From: Octopus vulgaris
Taxonomy: Eukaryota
Assembly: GCA_951406725.2 (NCBI GenBank)
Contig: OX597838.1
Coordinates: 16,492,001-16,556,000, forward strand
Direction of reading: 5' to 3'
Length of the DNA: 64,000 bases
This document shows, one piece after another, positions 1 through 13,800 of the stretch. The position numbers and the translations under genes were made by a program. The notes under the pieces are model-generated. The model saw nothing but the letters and a program-made list of their open reading frames with translations, was not told the DNA's origin and made no database searches. Position 1 is the first letter of the stretch, and each line of letters starts with the position of its first letter.

Positions 1-338
1 GGTTCAGTCCCACTGCGTGGCATCTTGGGCAAGTGTCTTCTGCTATAGCCCCGGGCCGACCAATGCCTTGTGAGTGAATTTGGTAGACGGAAACTGAAAG
101 AAGCCTGTCGTATATATGTATATGTGTGTGTGTCTGTGTTTGTCCCCCTAGCATTGCTTGACAACCGATGCTGGTGTGTTTACGTCCCCGTTACTTAGCA
201 GTTCGGCAAAAGAGACCGATAAAATAAGTACTGGGTTTACAAAGAATAAGTCCCGGGGTCGATTTGCTCGACTAAAAGGCGGTGCTCCAGCATGGCTGCA
301 GTCAAATGACTGAAACAAGTAAAAGAGTAAAGAGAGTA
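1..338 (+). mobile_element. tRNA-derived SINE family A (cut by window start)
   Basis: B-box GGTTCAGTCCC, central (TA/TG)n, AGTAAAAGAG tail; same sequence recurs over 20 times in the window. Confidence 0.9.
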
Positions 339-370
339 AACACAAAAGTCAAAAGACTATGTTAAAATAG

Positions 371-479
371 AACAACATATTTTACTGTTTTTCTGTATAA
401 ACTTTTATTTAGAAGGATGTTCATTGAATGACCATGTCAAATCATCATCATCATCATCATCATTGAGCGGATGTTAAAC

Positions 480-510
<31 letters not shown>

Positions 511-566
511 CAATGAACATCCCTCTAAATAAAAGTCTATACAGGAAAACAGTAAAATATGTTGTT
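371..566. repeat. Inverted repeat, ~59-bp arms around (CAT)n/(GAT)n
   Basis: 371-429 is the reverse complement of 508-566 with about 3 mismatches. Confidence 0.9.
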
Positions 567-1778
567 ATAATTTCTGTGTTGGTCAAGTGTTTAAGTTCGC
601 TTCCCAACAATGTGGTAGAAGGAAGTCTGTCACATGCGTGTGTGTGTGTGTGTATGTGTTCCCTTATCTACATCATGTGATGGTAGTACATGAGTATCAC
701 CATTATACAAGTGATGCTGTTTGTGTCCAGCCTTCCATGGAAAATGTGTCAGGGGGCATAGGAAAATATTACCTTGATTGGAAACAGATGCAGGTTGGTG
801 ATAGGAAGGGCATCCGGTCGTAGAAAATCTGCCTTAACAAATTCTGCCTGATCCTTGCAAGTATGGAAAAGTGGATGTTAAATAGTGATGAGGATGCGAC
901 AGAGGCTCTAGAGAACTACACTATCCAATGCATAGTGTCCTTTTCCAAAAACAGCATAATCTGGTTTGACAGAACAAGTGACTGATCTCACAGATATAAA
1001 AAAGACTGGATAGTCACAGATGGAATGCCTTTGATCATAAATCTGTTCAGTCATGACTGGCCTGAAGCTAAGCAGCAGGTCACAAGCAGGTGGTAGTGGT
1101 GGTGGTGATGGTTGCTTATTAAAACAGACTGGACAATGAAAAAAAAGCAACATGTCCTGAACTCCATACAACAAACTACTACATGCCTGTCTGTATGGTA
1201 TTGCTGGAACAATAGCTCTGTGGGTCATGAGTCATTTGATTAACTACAAACCAACAAAAGACCCTCTATGTGGTCACTTGATCCGCTAGAAATAGCAACC
1301 AAATCTCATTCAAATCATTCCACCACCCTACCAACCGAGACAATGTATATAAAAAAGAAAAGCATGGCCGGAATGCTTTTGATCGTAAGTCTACTTAACC
1401 AAGGTTAACCCAGGGCTAAAAACCACAATAACAACTGTGTCACGAGGGATGACCTGCGGTTGAACAATAGTTACAATAAACATTAAATAGGTATATTATA
1501 ACAGGTGAGATAATATGCTTAGAAGTGAGTGTGTGTGTGTGTGCATGTGCATGTGTGTGCATAAGTACACAAATACGCTTGTGTGTTTGCACTTCATGCT
1601 TATCACTCCTTGAGTGAAGTGGTGCTGATGTTGGTACTTCTTTCCGACATTGTGACCAGCCACTCTACACTGTTGAAGACCTGTAGAATAAAAAGGATCC
1701 CTTACTTGAAAAATTGATAAGGGTTAGTGACTAAAAGAGAGCCCGACTGTGAAATGAATACATACACACACCTCTTAA

Positions 1779-1817
<39 letters not shown>

Positions 1818-1837
1818 TACACACACACACACACACA

Positions 1838-2248
1838 TACTCTTTTACTTGTTTCAGTCATTTGACTGTGGCCATGCTGGAGCACTGCCTTTAGTCGAGC
1901 AAATCGAGACCCAGGACTTATTCTTTGTAAGCCTTAGTACTTATTCTATCGCTTTTTTGCCGAACCGCTAAGTTACGAGGACATAAATACACCAGCATCG
2001 GTTGTCAAGCGATGTTGGTAGGGACAAACACAGACACACAAACATACACACACACACACATACATATACATATATGTACATATATGCGATGGGCTTCTTT
2101 CAGTTTGCGTCTACCAAATCCACTCACAAGGCTTTGGCCGGCCCGAGACTATAGTAGAAGACACTTGCCCAAGGTGCCACGCAGTGGGACTGAACCTGGA
2201 ACCATGTGGTTTGTAAGCAAGCTACTTACCATACACCCACTCCTACAC
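1838..2248 (-). mobile_element. SINE family A
   Basis: Near full-length reverse copy of family A. Confidence 0.9.
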
Positions 2249-3109
2249 TTATATATAAATACCTATTTACACATACAAATATATATATACATACACACAC
2301 ATTCATACATATATGTATGTATGTATTTATATATAATGCCTATGCCTGTTTATGTATATTTATACAAAATATAAATATTATGTATATTTATACAAAATCT
2401 CATATATATATGTATATATATATATATACACATACTGAAAGAAAGAGGGAAAAAAATTAATCAGGTTTCATTCATTTAGTACACAAAGCCATCAATATAT
2501 TCACATGCACCCCTTTCACAACTAACAAGTAGAGAAAAAAATCTATTCATAGTCTTCTTTCTACACTCTGCAGAAACCGAGTAGTCCTATTGGTCAATCA
2601 TTATAAATACAGTGAGGCTGTGTAAAGTAAAACTACAAAGCCCCAAGCCAAACAGACAAACAAATGAAAAATGCAACTCATTTTGGTCATCATAAGCAGT
2701 ATGATTATCATCTCCATCAACAATTAGTTTAATGTCTATTTATTGTACTGAGTTTAGATGATTTTTGAACTGGTTGTTGGTATAGCAGTTAGGGTTGTTT
2801 TAATTGTCAGCAACTGTTTATATGTGCTTTTTCTTTTCTGTCTCCAGCATTTACATTGATCTCTACATAAGAATGTAATAGTTATGAGTCAGTAAGGCTG
2901 GATGTAAACTGCGTTAGCTCTTGATTCCAAAGTGCTCCGAATAGTAACTAATAATCTGCTCCATGTTTTCAGCGTGTACAAATATATCGATGTTTTGTGA
3001 CTATGTAGAGGACTGTTTTGCAGAAAAGAAATACAAAGTTTAGTACTTGCACTTAATTTACTGGTCCCAGAGAAAGGCAAAGCAAAGCCAACCATCCAGG
3101 ATTTAGAAA

Positions 3110-3504
3110 TCTTTATATATAAAAGAGAGTTTGTGTGCTGTCTGTCTCCTACGATTTAGATTCCTAACTACTCCCACATTTTGCAGTGCAGTTTAACCAA
3201 AACCGGGTATCTTATAGTCGTGATTCATATCGAGCCCTTCTGGGTATTAGCGCGCGTCTACGATGAGTTTACGATTTTAAAAAAAATTTACCATAAATTT
3301 TTCCCATTTTTTAATGCATTTTTGGCATATATAAGGGAAGTAACTCTCTAAAAATTTATTAAATCTCAGAACGTAAAAAGCTACAGTAACACCCCACCCT
3401 TTGTGGTTAACCATATTGAGGTGGCTATTATACTTTACATCTCTAAAAATGCTTATATAATTATTTCCCTTACAAACCCGAGCAACGCCGGGCGATACTT
3501 CTAG
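3110..3504 (+). mobile_element. Non-autonomous Helitron
   Basis: A|TC...CTAG|T termini, subterminal hairpin CCCG-AGCAACGC-CGGG, no TSD; related copies at 39242 and 63279. Confidence 0.85.
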
Positions 3505-3551
3505 TAGAATATAAGAAAGATAAAATCACAAGCTCTCCCTCGGTGTCTTAA

Positions 3552-3850
3552 ACTCTTTAGCATTCAGATTAATTTATTAAATGTAATGCTCATTTATCTA
3601 CATTAAAAAAAAAAAATTAATTATGTATTATCTTGTAGCTTCAAGATTTCAATGATGTGATTACTCTTTTACTTGTTTCAGTCATTTGACTGCGGCCATG
3701 CTGGAGCACCGGCTTAAGTCGAGCAAATCGACCCCTGGACTTATTCTTTGTAAGCCCAGTACTTATTCTATCAGTCTCTTTTGCCGAACCGCTAAGTGAC
3801 GCGGACGAAAACACACCAGCATCGGTTGTCAAGCAATGCTAGGGGGACAA

Positions 3851-3887
<37 letters not shown>

Positions 3888-4156
3888 CATATATACGACA
3901 GGCTTCATTCAGTTTCCGTCTACCAAATCCACCCACAAGGCATTGGTCGGCCCGGGGCTATAGCAGAAGACACTTGCCCAAGATGCCACACAGTGGGACT
4001 GAACCCGGAACCATGTGGCTGGTTAGCAAGCTACTTACCACGTTTATTTTTAGAATGGCATTGTAGGGTAGGGGTGAAAGGCTGGATCTGGTCGGTCCCA
4101 ACATAAAATACATAGAATATTTGGGCTGAATATGGCCAATTTTAATGCTGAAGGAT
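3552..4156. mobile_element. Degenerate TTAA MITE interrupted by a family A SINE (3662-4041, minus)
   Basis: Left half (CTTTAGCATTCAG...) and right half (...GTAGGGTAGG...AATGCTGAAGG) match the MITE at 35575; SINE lies between them. Confidence 0.75.
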
Positions 4157-4311
4157 TTAAAAGTAATTCTGAAGATGAAAGAAAGAGTACTGAATGATGT
4201 ACCATCTTGCCTAAGAACTATAGTAGTCTTCTTTTTTCTTTTTTTTTTCTAAAATTGTTTATTACTCATTGGATTGTGGCCATGCACAGCACCATCTTCA
4301 AGGCTTTTAGT

Positions 4312-4707
4312 CTCTTTTACTTGTTTCAGTCATTTGACTGCGGCCATGCTGGAGCACCGCCTTTAGTCGAGCAAATCGACCCCGGGACTTATTCTTTGTA
4401 AGCCCAGTACTTATTCTATCGGTCTCTTTTGCCGAACCCCTAAGTGACAGGGACGAAAACACACCAGCATCGGTTGTCAAGCAATGCTAGGGGGACAACC
4501 ACAGACACACAAACACACACATACATATATATATATACATATATACGACAGGCTTCTTTTCAGTTTCTGTCTACCAAATCCACTCACAAGGCATTAGTCG
4601 GCCCAGGGCTATAGCAGAAGACACTTGCCCAAGATGCCACGCAGTGGGACTGAACCCGGAACCATGTGGTTGGTTAGCAAGCTACTTACCACACAGCCAC
4701 TCCTGCC
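4312..4707 (-). mobile_element. SINE family A
   Basis: Near full-length reverse copy. Confidence 0.9.
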
Positions 4708-5211
4708 CCAGTCCATTAATTCCACTGCAATACTTTGTGTAATTATTTTACTGATCTCTTTATAACACATTTATAACAGACAGTTGACAAATTTCCTCCA
4801 ATCAAATTTCCTTCATAAGATATTGGTCAAACCAAGACTATTGCAGAAGAAATTTGCCTAAGGTAACATGCAATGAGATCACACCTGAACTGTGTGGTTG
4901 CCAAGAGAACTTGTTAACTCACTTACAAGCCATGTCTGCAAGCAGATATCAATTAATGACTTCATAAACATCATCATCATTTTAATGTCTACTTTTCCAC
5001 GCTCACATGTGTGGATGGAATTTGTTGAAGTAAGTTTTCTGTGGCTGGATGCTCTTCTTGTTCCAACCCCTCACCTGTTTCCAAGTAAGGTAATATTTCT
5101 CCTTGGCCAGACATGTTTTACATTTGATTAACAATTATCATGTGATATCAAGATGAGACACCAACTCACACACACACATGGACACAGACACGTACGCATG
5201 CATATACTTAA

Positions 5212-5325
5212 TATCCTTATACAAGAATGTTGTTGAAAATGACGTTGAAGTTTCGGTCAGTTAAGCCATTGTTGGGCAGTCTGAAACTTTGAAGTCACTG
5301 TCAACAACATTCTTGTATAAGAATA
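5212..5325. repeat. Imperfect palindrome
   Basis: CTTATACAAGAATGTTGTTGA ... TCAACAACATTCTTGTATAAG. Confidence 0.85.
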
Positions 5326-5332
5326 ATAAATT

Positions 5333-5563
5333 TGTGAGGGATATTTGCCATCTCAATATGGCTAACCACTAAGGGTGGGTGTTACTGTAGCTTGTAGCCC
5401 CAGGAAAACATCATCTCCAGCAGGCTTTAGGCACACTTTCTGTGCCCTAAGGTATGAAAGTGTGCCTAAAGCCAGCTGGAGACAATGTTCTCCTGGGGCT
5501 ACAAGCTACAGTAACACCCACCCTTAGTGGTTAGCCATACTGAGATGGCAAATATCCCTCACA
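5333..5563. repeat. Long palindrome / foldback element, 108-bp arms and 15-nt loop
   Basis: 5333-5440 pairs with 5456-5563, about 5 mismatches. Confidence 0.92.
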
Positions 5564-6270
5564 TTTTCGTGCAGTTACTGTTTATACCTCGTTCAGAGAT
5601 TTATTATTGTTTGCAATAATAAATTTGTACTCTACAAAAGTATAGAGTAACCCATCAGATTAAGGTAAAATTTATTGTAACTGAATATAAACGCAAACAT
5701 AAATACACACACACACACACACAAACAGGTTTTGTTTTCAGTTTCTGTCTACATAATCTACTCACAAAGCTTTGGTCAGCCAGGGGCTATAGAAGACACT
5801 TGCCCAGGGTGCCACGCAGTAGGACTGAACCTGGAACCATGTAGTTGGGAAGTAAGCTTCTCATGCACACAGCCACACCTACACCTGCCACTTTTTGATT
5901 ATCGAATACATCACTGCAAAGAATGATCACATATTCACATATTCCATCAATATATTTGAATAGTTTGAAATGTGAGCAGAAATGACAGAACACTGGATCG
6001 ATTATTTTGTAATATAAAATGTTTTACAATGACTCTCTCTGTGTATATATATATACAGGGGTGGGGGTGGGGATGGTTAAATAAACATTGGTCATAATCC
6101 TAAGTCAACTCTACTGACCGTTCCTTTTGTTTACAGAAACAGGCTTTACATGTAGTTAAAACAAAACGATCAATATAGTCGAATTAGTTTTTACAGTTTA
6201 CACGTATTATATCATATTGCATGGTTATGTTATTCATAACAAGTGTAAACTGAAATTATAAGGAAACAAA

Positions 6271-6320
<50 letters not shown>

Positions 6321-6322
<2 letters not shown>

Positions 6323-6726
6323 GGAGTGGCTGTGTGGTAAGTAGCTTGCTAACGAACCACATGGTTCCGGGTTCAGTCCCACTGCGTGGCATCTTGGGCA
6401 GGTGTCTTCTGCTATAGCCCCGGGCCGACCAATGCCTTGTGAGTGGATTTGGTAGACGGAAACTGAAAGAAGCCTGTCGCATGTATGCATATATATGTAT
6501 GTGTGTGTATGTGTTTGTGTGTCTGTGTTTGTCTCCCTAGCATTGCTTGACAACCAATGCTGGTGTGTTTACGTCCCCGTCACTTAGCAGTTCGGCAAAA
6601 GAGACTGATAGAATAAGTACTGGGCTTACAAAGAATAAGTCCCGGGGTCGATTTGCTCAAATAAAGGCGGTGCTCCAGCATGGCCGCAGTCAAATGACTG
6701 AAACAAGTAAAAGAGTAAAAGAGAGA

Positions 6727-6728
<2 letters not shown>
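6321..6728 (+). mobile_element. SINE family A inserted in an (AAT)n microsatellite
   Basis: Full body, flanked on both sides by (AAT)n runs. Confidence 0.9.
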
Positions 6729-6794
<66 letters not shown>

Positions 6795-7217
6795 TAAATA
6801 AATAAATAAAACAATAAATCTTGCAAAAAGAAGAAAGCATTAAAAATAAATTAACCGTCTTTACCAGTAAGCTGAAGTTCAGATGAAATAAAAAAATATA
6901 ATAATTTATGCTTTCTAAAATTTCATCAGATAAAAAGAATTATGTAAGTGGAGACTCTAACAAAATCTCACGTGAAGAACAGAAGGATTGTTTTTAAGTG
7001 CAACTAGCTAGAGGAAGCCTAGCATTCAGATATAAAACGGTTCACTTTTTAAATCATGCAAGTGAAATATTACAACTGTACGATTGCTGTTTCAAACTCA
7101 AAAAATGCTCTTGGGACACAAAAATTTATTTTCTTTATCAATTGTTTTCAACAAATAAGGAGTGATAATATATGAACAAATAAACATTTGGTTAATGATA
7201 TGCTGTAAAATAAATAA

Positions 7218-7220
7218 ATA

Positions 7221-7286
<66 letters not shown>

Positions 7287-7427
7287 CATCATCATCATCA
7301 TCACCACCACCACCACCACCACCACCATCATCACCACCACCACCACCATCATCACCACCACCATCACCATCACCATCACCACCACCACCACCACCACCAC
7401 CACCATCATCATCATCTTCTTCTTCTT
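7218..7427. repeat. Compound microsatellite (AAT)n(CAT)n(CAC)n(CTT)n
   Basis: Direct reading. Confidence 0.95.
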
Positions 7428-7719
7428 CGTTTAGTATGTGTTTTCCATGTTGGCATGGGTTGGGCAGTTTGACTGTGACTGATAAGCTAGAGAGCTACCC
7501 ACCCGGGGCTCCAGTCTATTTTGGTTTGGTTTTTATTGCTGGATGCCCCCTCATAATGCCACCCACTCCACAGAGTGTATGGGTGCCTCTTACATATCAC
7601 CAGCTCTGGCCACAACAACAATTTCACTTAGCTTGATGTGTCTTAGCTTGATGTTTGTGTTGTTTTGTTTATGTCTTTGTAACTTAGCAGTTTGGCAAAA
7701 GAGACCAGTAGAACAAGTA

Positions 7720-8236
7720 CATCATCATCATTTAATGTCCATTTTCCATGCTGGCATGAGCTGGACAGTTTGATCAGAAAAGGAAGCAGGAGAGCCTGCA
7801 CCAGGTTCCAGTCTGACTTGGCTTTGTTTCTACGACAGGATGCCCTTCCTAATGCTAACCACTTTACAGAGTGTGCTGGATGCTTTTTTACACCCCCCAG
7901 CACACTACATCATCATCATCATCATCGTTTAGCGTCCGCTTTCCATGCTGGCATGGGTTGGACGGTGCAACTGGGGTCTGGGAAGCCAGAAGGCTGCACC
8001 AGGCCCAGTCTGATCTGGCAATGTTTCTACGGCTGGATGCCCTTCCTAACACCAACCACTCCGTGAGTGTAGTGGGTGCTTTTTACGTGCCACCTGCACA
8101 GGTGCCAGACAAGGCTGGTAAACGGCCACGATCGGATGGTGCTTTTTACGTGCCACCAGCACGGAGGCCAGGCGAGGCTGGCAAACGGCCACGATCGGAT
8201 GGTGCTTTTTATGTGCCACCGGCACGGAGACCACGG
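7720..8236 (-). mobile_element. Two adjacent RTE-type LINE 3' ends with (GAT)n tails; internal ~64-bp tandem repeat
   Basis: GGATGCCCTTCCTAA-CCAACCACT motif and (CAT)n tail shared with copies at 12605 and 20215 that run into RTE-like coding sequence. Confidence 0.7.
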
Positions 8237-9960
8237 CACCTTACTCAAAAATAAGTACTGGGGTCAATTTATTTGACCAAATCCCTCAAGGTAGAGCCCC
8301 AACATAGCCACAGTCCAATGACTGAAGCAACCAAAAGATAAAAGATAGTTCACATGGTTTGAGGCACAGTAACTGACTATTGATGACAGGGACACAAACC
8401 TAAATTTTACTAACATTTGTGTCATACTCAACAGAGACAAGGTACATAACTATGTTTGCCTCAGTCTAAGTGACACACAAACTGGTTCCATTAATACTTC
8501 ATAGTTAAAGTGGTTAGACATAAGATCATATGCAGCAGTAAAAACAGTTGCTATAACAAAACCAACCATTTCAAACAGCCAGCCTGATATAATGGATGTG
8601 AAACAGGTCATGGGTGTATGTATGTGCATAAATACATACAGACATACATATACACACATACACAGACATATACATAAAACCATTCCAGAATGTTTTGATA
8701 CAAATTTTATAAAATATATTATATTATAATATATATATATATATACACATACACACAAGTAATGAAAAATGTTATTATTTGTAAGAGCGTATTTTGTATT
8801 AATTTACCATAATTGAGATATACTGCTATACAAATTGAAGCAACTGAACATATGCATGCGTGTGTATGTATGTGTGTGCATGTACATATACATAAATATA
8901 AATGGCAATTTCTGTCTGTCTGTTATCATTTTAGTGCCTAAACAAGCAAACCAATATTCATGAAACTTTCCATACATGTTATACTAATGTCCAGTTCAAT
9001 AATAGGCTAATTGGATTCCAGTGAAAATCTATAATGTACCCCCCAGAGGCATTGGCCAAATTATAAGGTAAAATGAGAAGGTTGCAAAAAGTATTACTCT
9101 TACGGAGAGGTAGTAAACGAGAGAGGGTGACTTCTATCAGTGAAGGTGAGAACAGCAATAGGAATAGGATGGTAATGTTAATATAGCTGTCATATACACG
9201 TGACACTGTGTACATACTTTCGTAAATACATAGACAAACACACACACACAGAAAGGGGTGTGAGAGGAATACGTAGCTTTTAGGTGGCTTTTCTGTTGTC
9301 CATCGCAAAGAAACACACACATACATATATACATGTCTACTATACACCATTTTACCTGTGATTACCTGTGTGTCCATTTGTAAATGTGTCATGTCTTATA
9401 ACTCTTTGTCTCTCTACTTCTGTAGGGCCTTCCCTGTTGCTGTCACATATTGTGAGATTTTAAAATTACGTCAAAATTTCCAAATTTGGTATATGGAAAT
9501 AATTTTTTTGTTAAATCCAATTTTGTTATTTATTTGTTCCAGAAAAGTTGCAGAAAAATGTTATTGAGGTTTAAAGTTTAATCAATTTTACCTAACCAGA
9601 AATCAGGATTTGGAAGCTGGCATTTTCTGCATGATAACTGTCTATCACAAAATGAAAGCAAAATCATTAGGAGGAGGAATTTTTATTCAACAAACCAAAG
9701 CAAAGCATTACGACGACCAAAGTTGTAAAAACATCTGAAGTTTTAATGAATAAAGTCATATGAAATGCTTGACTAGACATGTAAATAATTTAAAAAGGAA
9801 AAAAAATCCTCAACAAAGTGTTTTGGCGAAAAATAGCATAAGTGTGTCCTGATTAAGAGGCCTATCTGTCAGTATGCTCTGACATGGAATAAATAAAAAT
9901 TTATATATAGGACATTCTAGTGTAAAAATTGCCTGGCAACAACAGGTTATTTAGCTAGTG

Positions 9961-10010
<50 letters not shown>

Positions 10011-10015
10011 TACAT

Positions 10016-10218
10016 GTTCCTGGCTTTAAGGGTGTTGTGAAAGGCCCGGTTGGAGGTCCAACCTTCCAAATTTTTTTACAGGGCTTAGAAAAACTGAATG
10101 GCTGCTTGAATAAGGGTGTGAATCTGAGAGGGGGAATATGTTGAATAAAATCATAATTAACTAATCCTCCTGTATTTTCTTTTACCTGAAGCCAGGAACT
10201 TTTTGGAACCCCCTTGCA
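10016..10218 (+). mobile_element. Mariner-derived MITE/remnant
   Basis: Encodes a decayed mariner C-terminus (FFLQGLEKL..LNK.VNLRG.YVE*). Right TIR GCCAGGAACTTTTTGGAACCCCCT; partial left TIR GTTCCTGGCTT. Confidence 0.7.
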
Positions 10219-10934
10219 TATATACACCCACACCCACATACTTACGCACGCGTATACACACACACATAGGCTCACACATAAATCGTAATTAATTATTGCG
10301 GCAGCAAGAGTTCTTATTACAATGTAAACAGAAACAATGAAATAATTGTGAGAAATAATACTGCAATGCCAAACATAAATATACTTAAACATCTTTACTT
10401 CAAGGTAGCCATGCCTCAAATAAAGAATGCTTTCTTCAAATGATTTTGCTCAATTTTCTAATTTTCTCAGCTAGCAACACTAATATTTTTCTGCAATAAC
10501 ATGCCATAAAAAAACATGTTGTTTAAACAAAAAGAAAAAAAAATCAATTTGCACTTAGTAAAATTATTTATTCATATGGAAGAAATAATATGCCACCCTA
10601 TTAATTATGATCTATTTTTCACCCTGTTTAGCACTCGAATGAAAGATGTTTTATGTGACTTGGGTGGATCTTTGTAGCACAATGAAAGTATTATAGCAAC
10701 CGTGAGGTTGAATTATCATAAATCAATATATAAGAAAAGAAAAGCCACAGTCTAAACAGAGTATGGAATATATACAAGATTGCAAATGACAGACTCTTTC
10801 TTCTTTAAAATCTATGTATTTCTATGAAGACAACACTCATATTTATCAAGTAGGGAAATATTGACTTTAATTTGATATAAGATATATGGTCTAAAGACAT
10901 ACATTACAATATGTGTGTGTGTGTGTATTCCTTT

Positions 10935-11180
10935 ATTCTTTTTCTTGTTTCAGTCATTTGACTGTGGCCATACTGGAGCACTGCCTTGAAGGGTTTTAGT
11001 CCAAAAAAATCAATCCCAGCCTAGTACTTATTCTGTCAGACCCTTTTGCTGAACTGCTAACTTACAGGGACATAAACACACCAGCATTGGTTGGTTGTCA
11101 AGCAATGGCAGGGGGACAATCACAGAAACAAAGACACACACACAGATATATACATACATACATCATACATATATATATAC

Positions 11181-11213
<33 letters not shown>

Positions 11214-11670
11214 TGTATGTATGTATATAAATATATATACACACACACATATATATATATATATATGGGCTTCTTTCAGTTTCTGTCTACCAAACCCACT
11301 ACTATAGCTCAAGGCTTTAGTAGAAGACAACTGCTCAAGGTGCCATCCAGTGGGACTGAACTCAGAACCAAGTGGTTGGGAAGCAAGCTTCTTACCACAT
11401 AGCCATGCATATATATATATATATCTTTTACTTGTTTCAGTCACTACCATGTTGGGGGGGGACAAACACAGACACACAAACATATACACACACACACATA
11501 TATATACGATGGGCTTCTTTCAGTTTCCGTCTACCAAATCTGCTCACAAGGCTTTGGTCGGCCCGAGGCTATAGTAGAAGACACTTGCCCAAGGTGCCAT
11601 GCATTGGGACTGAACCCGGAACCATGTGGTTCGTAAGCAAGCTACTTACCATGTAGCCACTCCTACACCT
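10935..11670 (-). mobile_element. Two family A SINEs (one diverged, one internally deleted)
   Basis: Family A motifs present twice in reverse orientation. Confidence 0.8.
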
Positions 11671-12097
11671 ATACATATATTATGAGTTCTACTTTTCCTG
11701 TTTGCATCTCCATACTTACACACACACACAGGTATGGCTTAAATCTAACTAGAAATTCACACCTGATAAATATGTTATACAAAGCATAATGAAACACTAA
11801 ATACATAAGAGACAAAAATTCCTTCACACCACAATTGCCAATTCTTATGTTACTGTGCTTGACCCTTTGGCTTTTATTGTAACGAATATGACAATAGACT
11901 AATTATGACTAAATGTCTCATTCAATCTATCATACACCCTATTCTACACACTATCCACACACATATACACACTGAAGTATGATGCATTGGTGTTACACCA
12001 TTCAAACTTTTAGATAAGACAGGCTTCATATATGCTAATGCAACAAATGAACCTATGTAAAACAATTGTTACTTGAAATAACACTACATCACAATGA

Positions 12098-12433
12098 GTG
12101 AGGGCACGTGGCTCAGTGGTTAGGGCGTTCAGCTCATGATCGTAAGGTTGTGAGTTCGATTCCCGGCGACGCGTTGAGTCCTTGAGCAAGACACTTTATT
12201 TCACATTGCTCCAGTTCACTCAGCTGGCAAAAATGAGTAGTACCTGTATTTCAAAAACAGCCAGCCTTGTCACACTCTGTGTCACGCTGAATCTCCTTGC
12301 GAACTACATTAAGGGTACATGTGTCTGTGGAATGCTCAGCCACTTGCACGTTAATTTCACAAGCAAGCAGTTCTGTTGATCGTATCAGCTGGGACCCTCG
12401 TCGTCATAACCGACGGAGTGTTCCTACTACTAC
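12098..12433 (+). mobile_element. tRNA-derived SINE group C (head H1 + tail T1)
   Basis: A-box TGGCTCAGTGG, B-box GTTCGATTCC, CORE-like CCTTGAGCAAGACACTT. 14-bp TSD CTACATCACAATGA (12084-12097 / 12434-12447). Confidence 0.9.
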
Positions 12434-12604
12434 CTACATCACAATGATATATAGAAATAATATCGTTACTGGCTTCGTTAAGGCAGCAAGCTGGCTGGAA
12501 TCATTAGCATGCTGAGCAAAATGCTTATCGGCATTTTGTCTGTCTTCATGTCCTGAGTTTAAATTTGGTCAAGCTTGATTTTGCCTTTTATCCTTTCAGG
12601 GTCA

Positions 12605-12874
12605 TCATGATTATCATAATTTAACGTCCATTTTCCTTGCTGGCATGGGTTGGGGAGTTTTACTGAAAACTGGTAAGCTGCACTAGGTTCCAATCTGATT
12701 TGGCATGGTTCCTACAGTTGGATGCCCTTCCTAATGCCAACCACTCCAAGAGTGTAGTGGGTGCTTTTTATGTGCCATGACTATGATCTCACTTGGCTTG
12801 ACGAGTCTTCTCAAGCATGGTATATTGTCAGAGTTCTCAGTCGCTTGTCTGCTTCTGTGAGGCCCAAGATTTAA
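12605..12874 (-). mobile_element. RTE LINE 3' end (decayed ORF end + 3' UTR)
   Basis: LGLTEA-like RTE C-terminal remnant followed by the shared 3' UTR and (GAT)n tail. Confidence 0.65.
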
Positions 12875-12890
12875 AGGATGCTTTGTATGT

Positions 12891-13115
12891 ATAAAGGCGG
12901 CGAGCTGGCAGAATCGTTAGCACGTCGGGCGAAATGCGTAGCCGTATTTCGTCTCCCGTTACGTTCTGAGTTCAAATACCGCCGAGGTCGACTTTGCCGT
13001 TCATCCTTTCGGGGTCGATAAATTAAGTACCAGTTACGCACTGGGGTTGATATAATCGAGTTAATCCGTTTGTCTGTCCTCTCTGTGTTTAGCCCCTTGT
13101 GGGTAGTAAAGAAAT
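12891..13115 (+). mobile_element. tRNA-derived SINE family B
   Basis: GGCGGCGAGCTGGCAGAA head, GTTCAAAT B-box. 16-bp TSD AGGATGCTTTGTATGT. Confidence 0.9.
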
Positions 13116-13308
13116 AGGATGCTTTGTATGTGTTATCGGAACAGGTGCCAGCTATACGACACTTGCATTGACCATGACTGCAATAAAATAAATACCAGTT
13201 CAGTACTGTGGTCAATGCAATCGACTTATCTCCTCCCCCAAAATTGCTGGCCTTGTGCCAAAGTTTAAAACCAATATCATAACTGACTTCATTGGCACCA
13301 TTGATTAA

Positions 13309-13530
13309 CCCTTTCGTTACCAACCCAGCTGAAACTGGCTCTGGCTCTTTAGTTACAAATGTCTGGTTTTCAAAAGTTCTGAATTAAAACCTTCCACCAA
13401 ACCTTAGTCACAATTTATGTCCCTAACTCTAGCTTAATGATAACGATGTTATTTTACTTAATTCTTTGTTATGTTTAAAATAATTGGAAGAAACACTGAG
13501 CATCTCAAAATAAATTCAGTAACGAAAGGG
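13309..13530. mobile_element. piggyBac-type MITE
   Basis: TTAA|CCCTTTCGTTAC ... GTAACGAAAGGG|TTAA; opposite-orientation sister copy at 47652. Confidence 0.88.
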
Positions 13531-13625
13531 TTAAATCACTACATGTATTGAATACTTTATGCCTTGTATGTAATATCGAAACATATGTGTTGCATTCAAA
13601 TAACTACTACAGCATAAAAATAACC

Positions 13626-13800
13626 ATGTAAAAAGCACCCACTACACTCTCAGAGTGGTTGGCATTAGGAAGGGCATCCAGCTGTAGAAACTCTGCCAGA
13701 TCAAGATTGGAGCCTGGTGCAGCCATCTGGTTTGCCAGCCCTCAGTCAAAATCGTCCAACTCATGCTAGCATGGAAAGCAGACGTTAAACGATGATGATG
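13626..13800 (+). mobile_element. RTE-type 3' end, 5'-truncated
   Basis: AAAAAGCACCCACTACAC...GTTAAACGATGATGATG. Confidence 0.7.
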
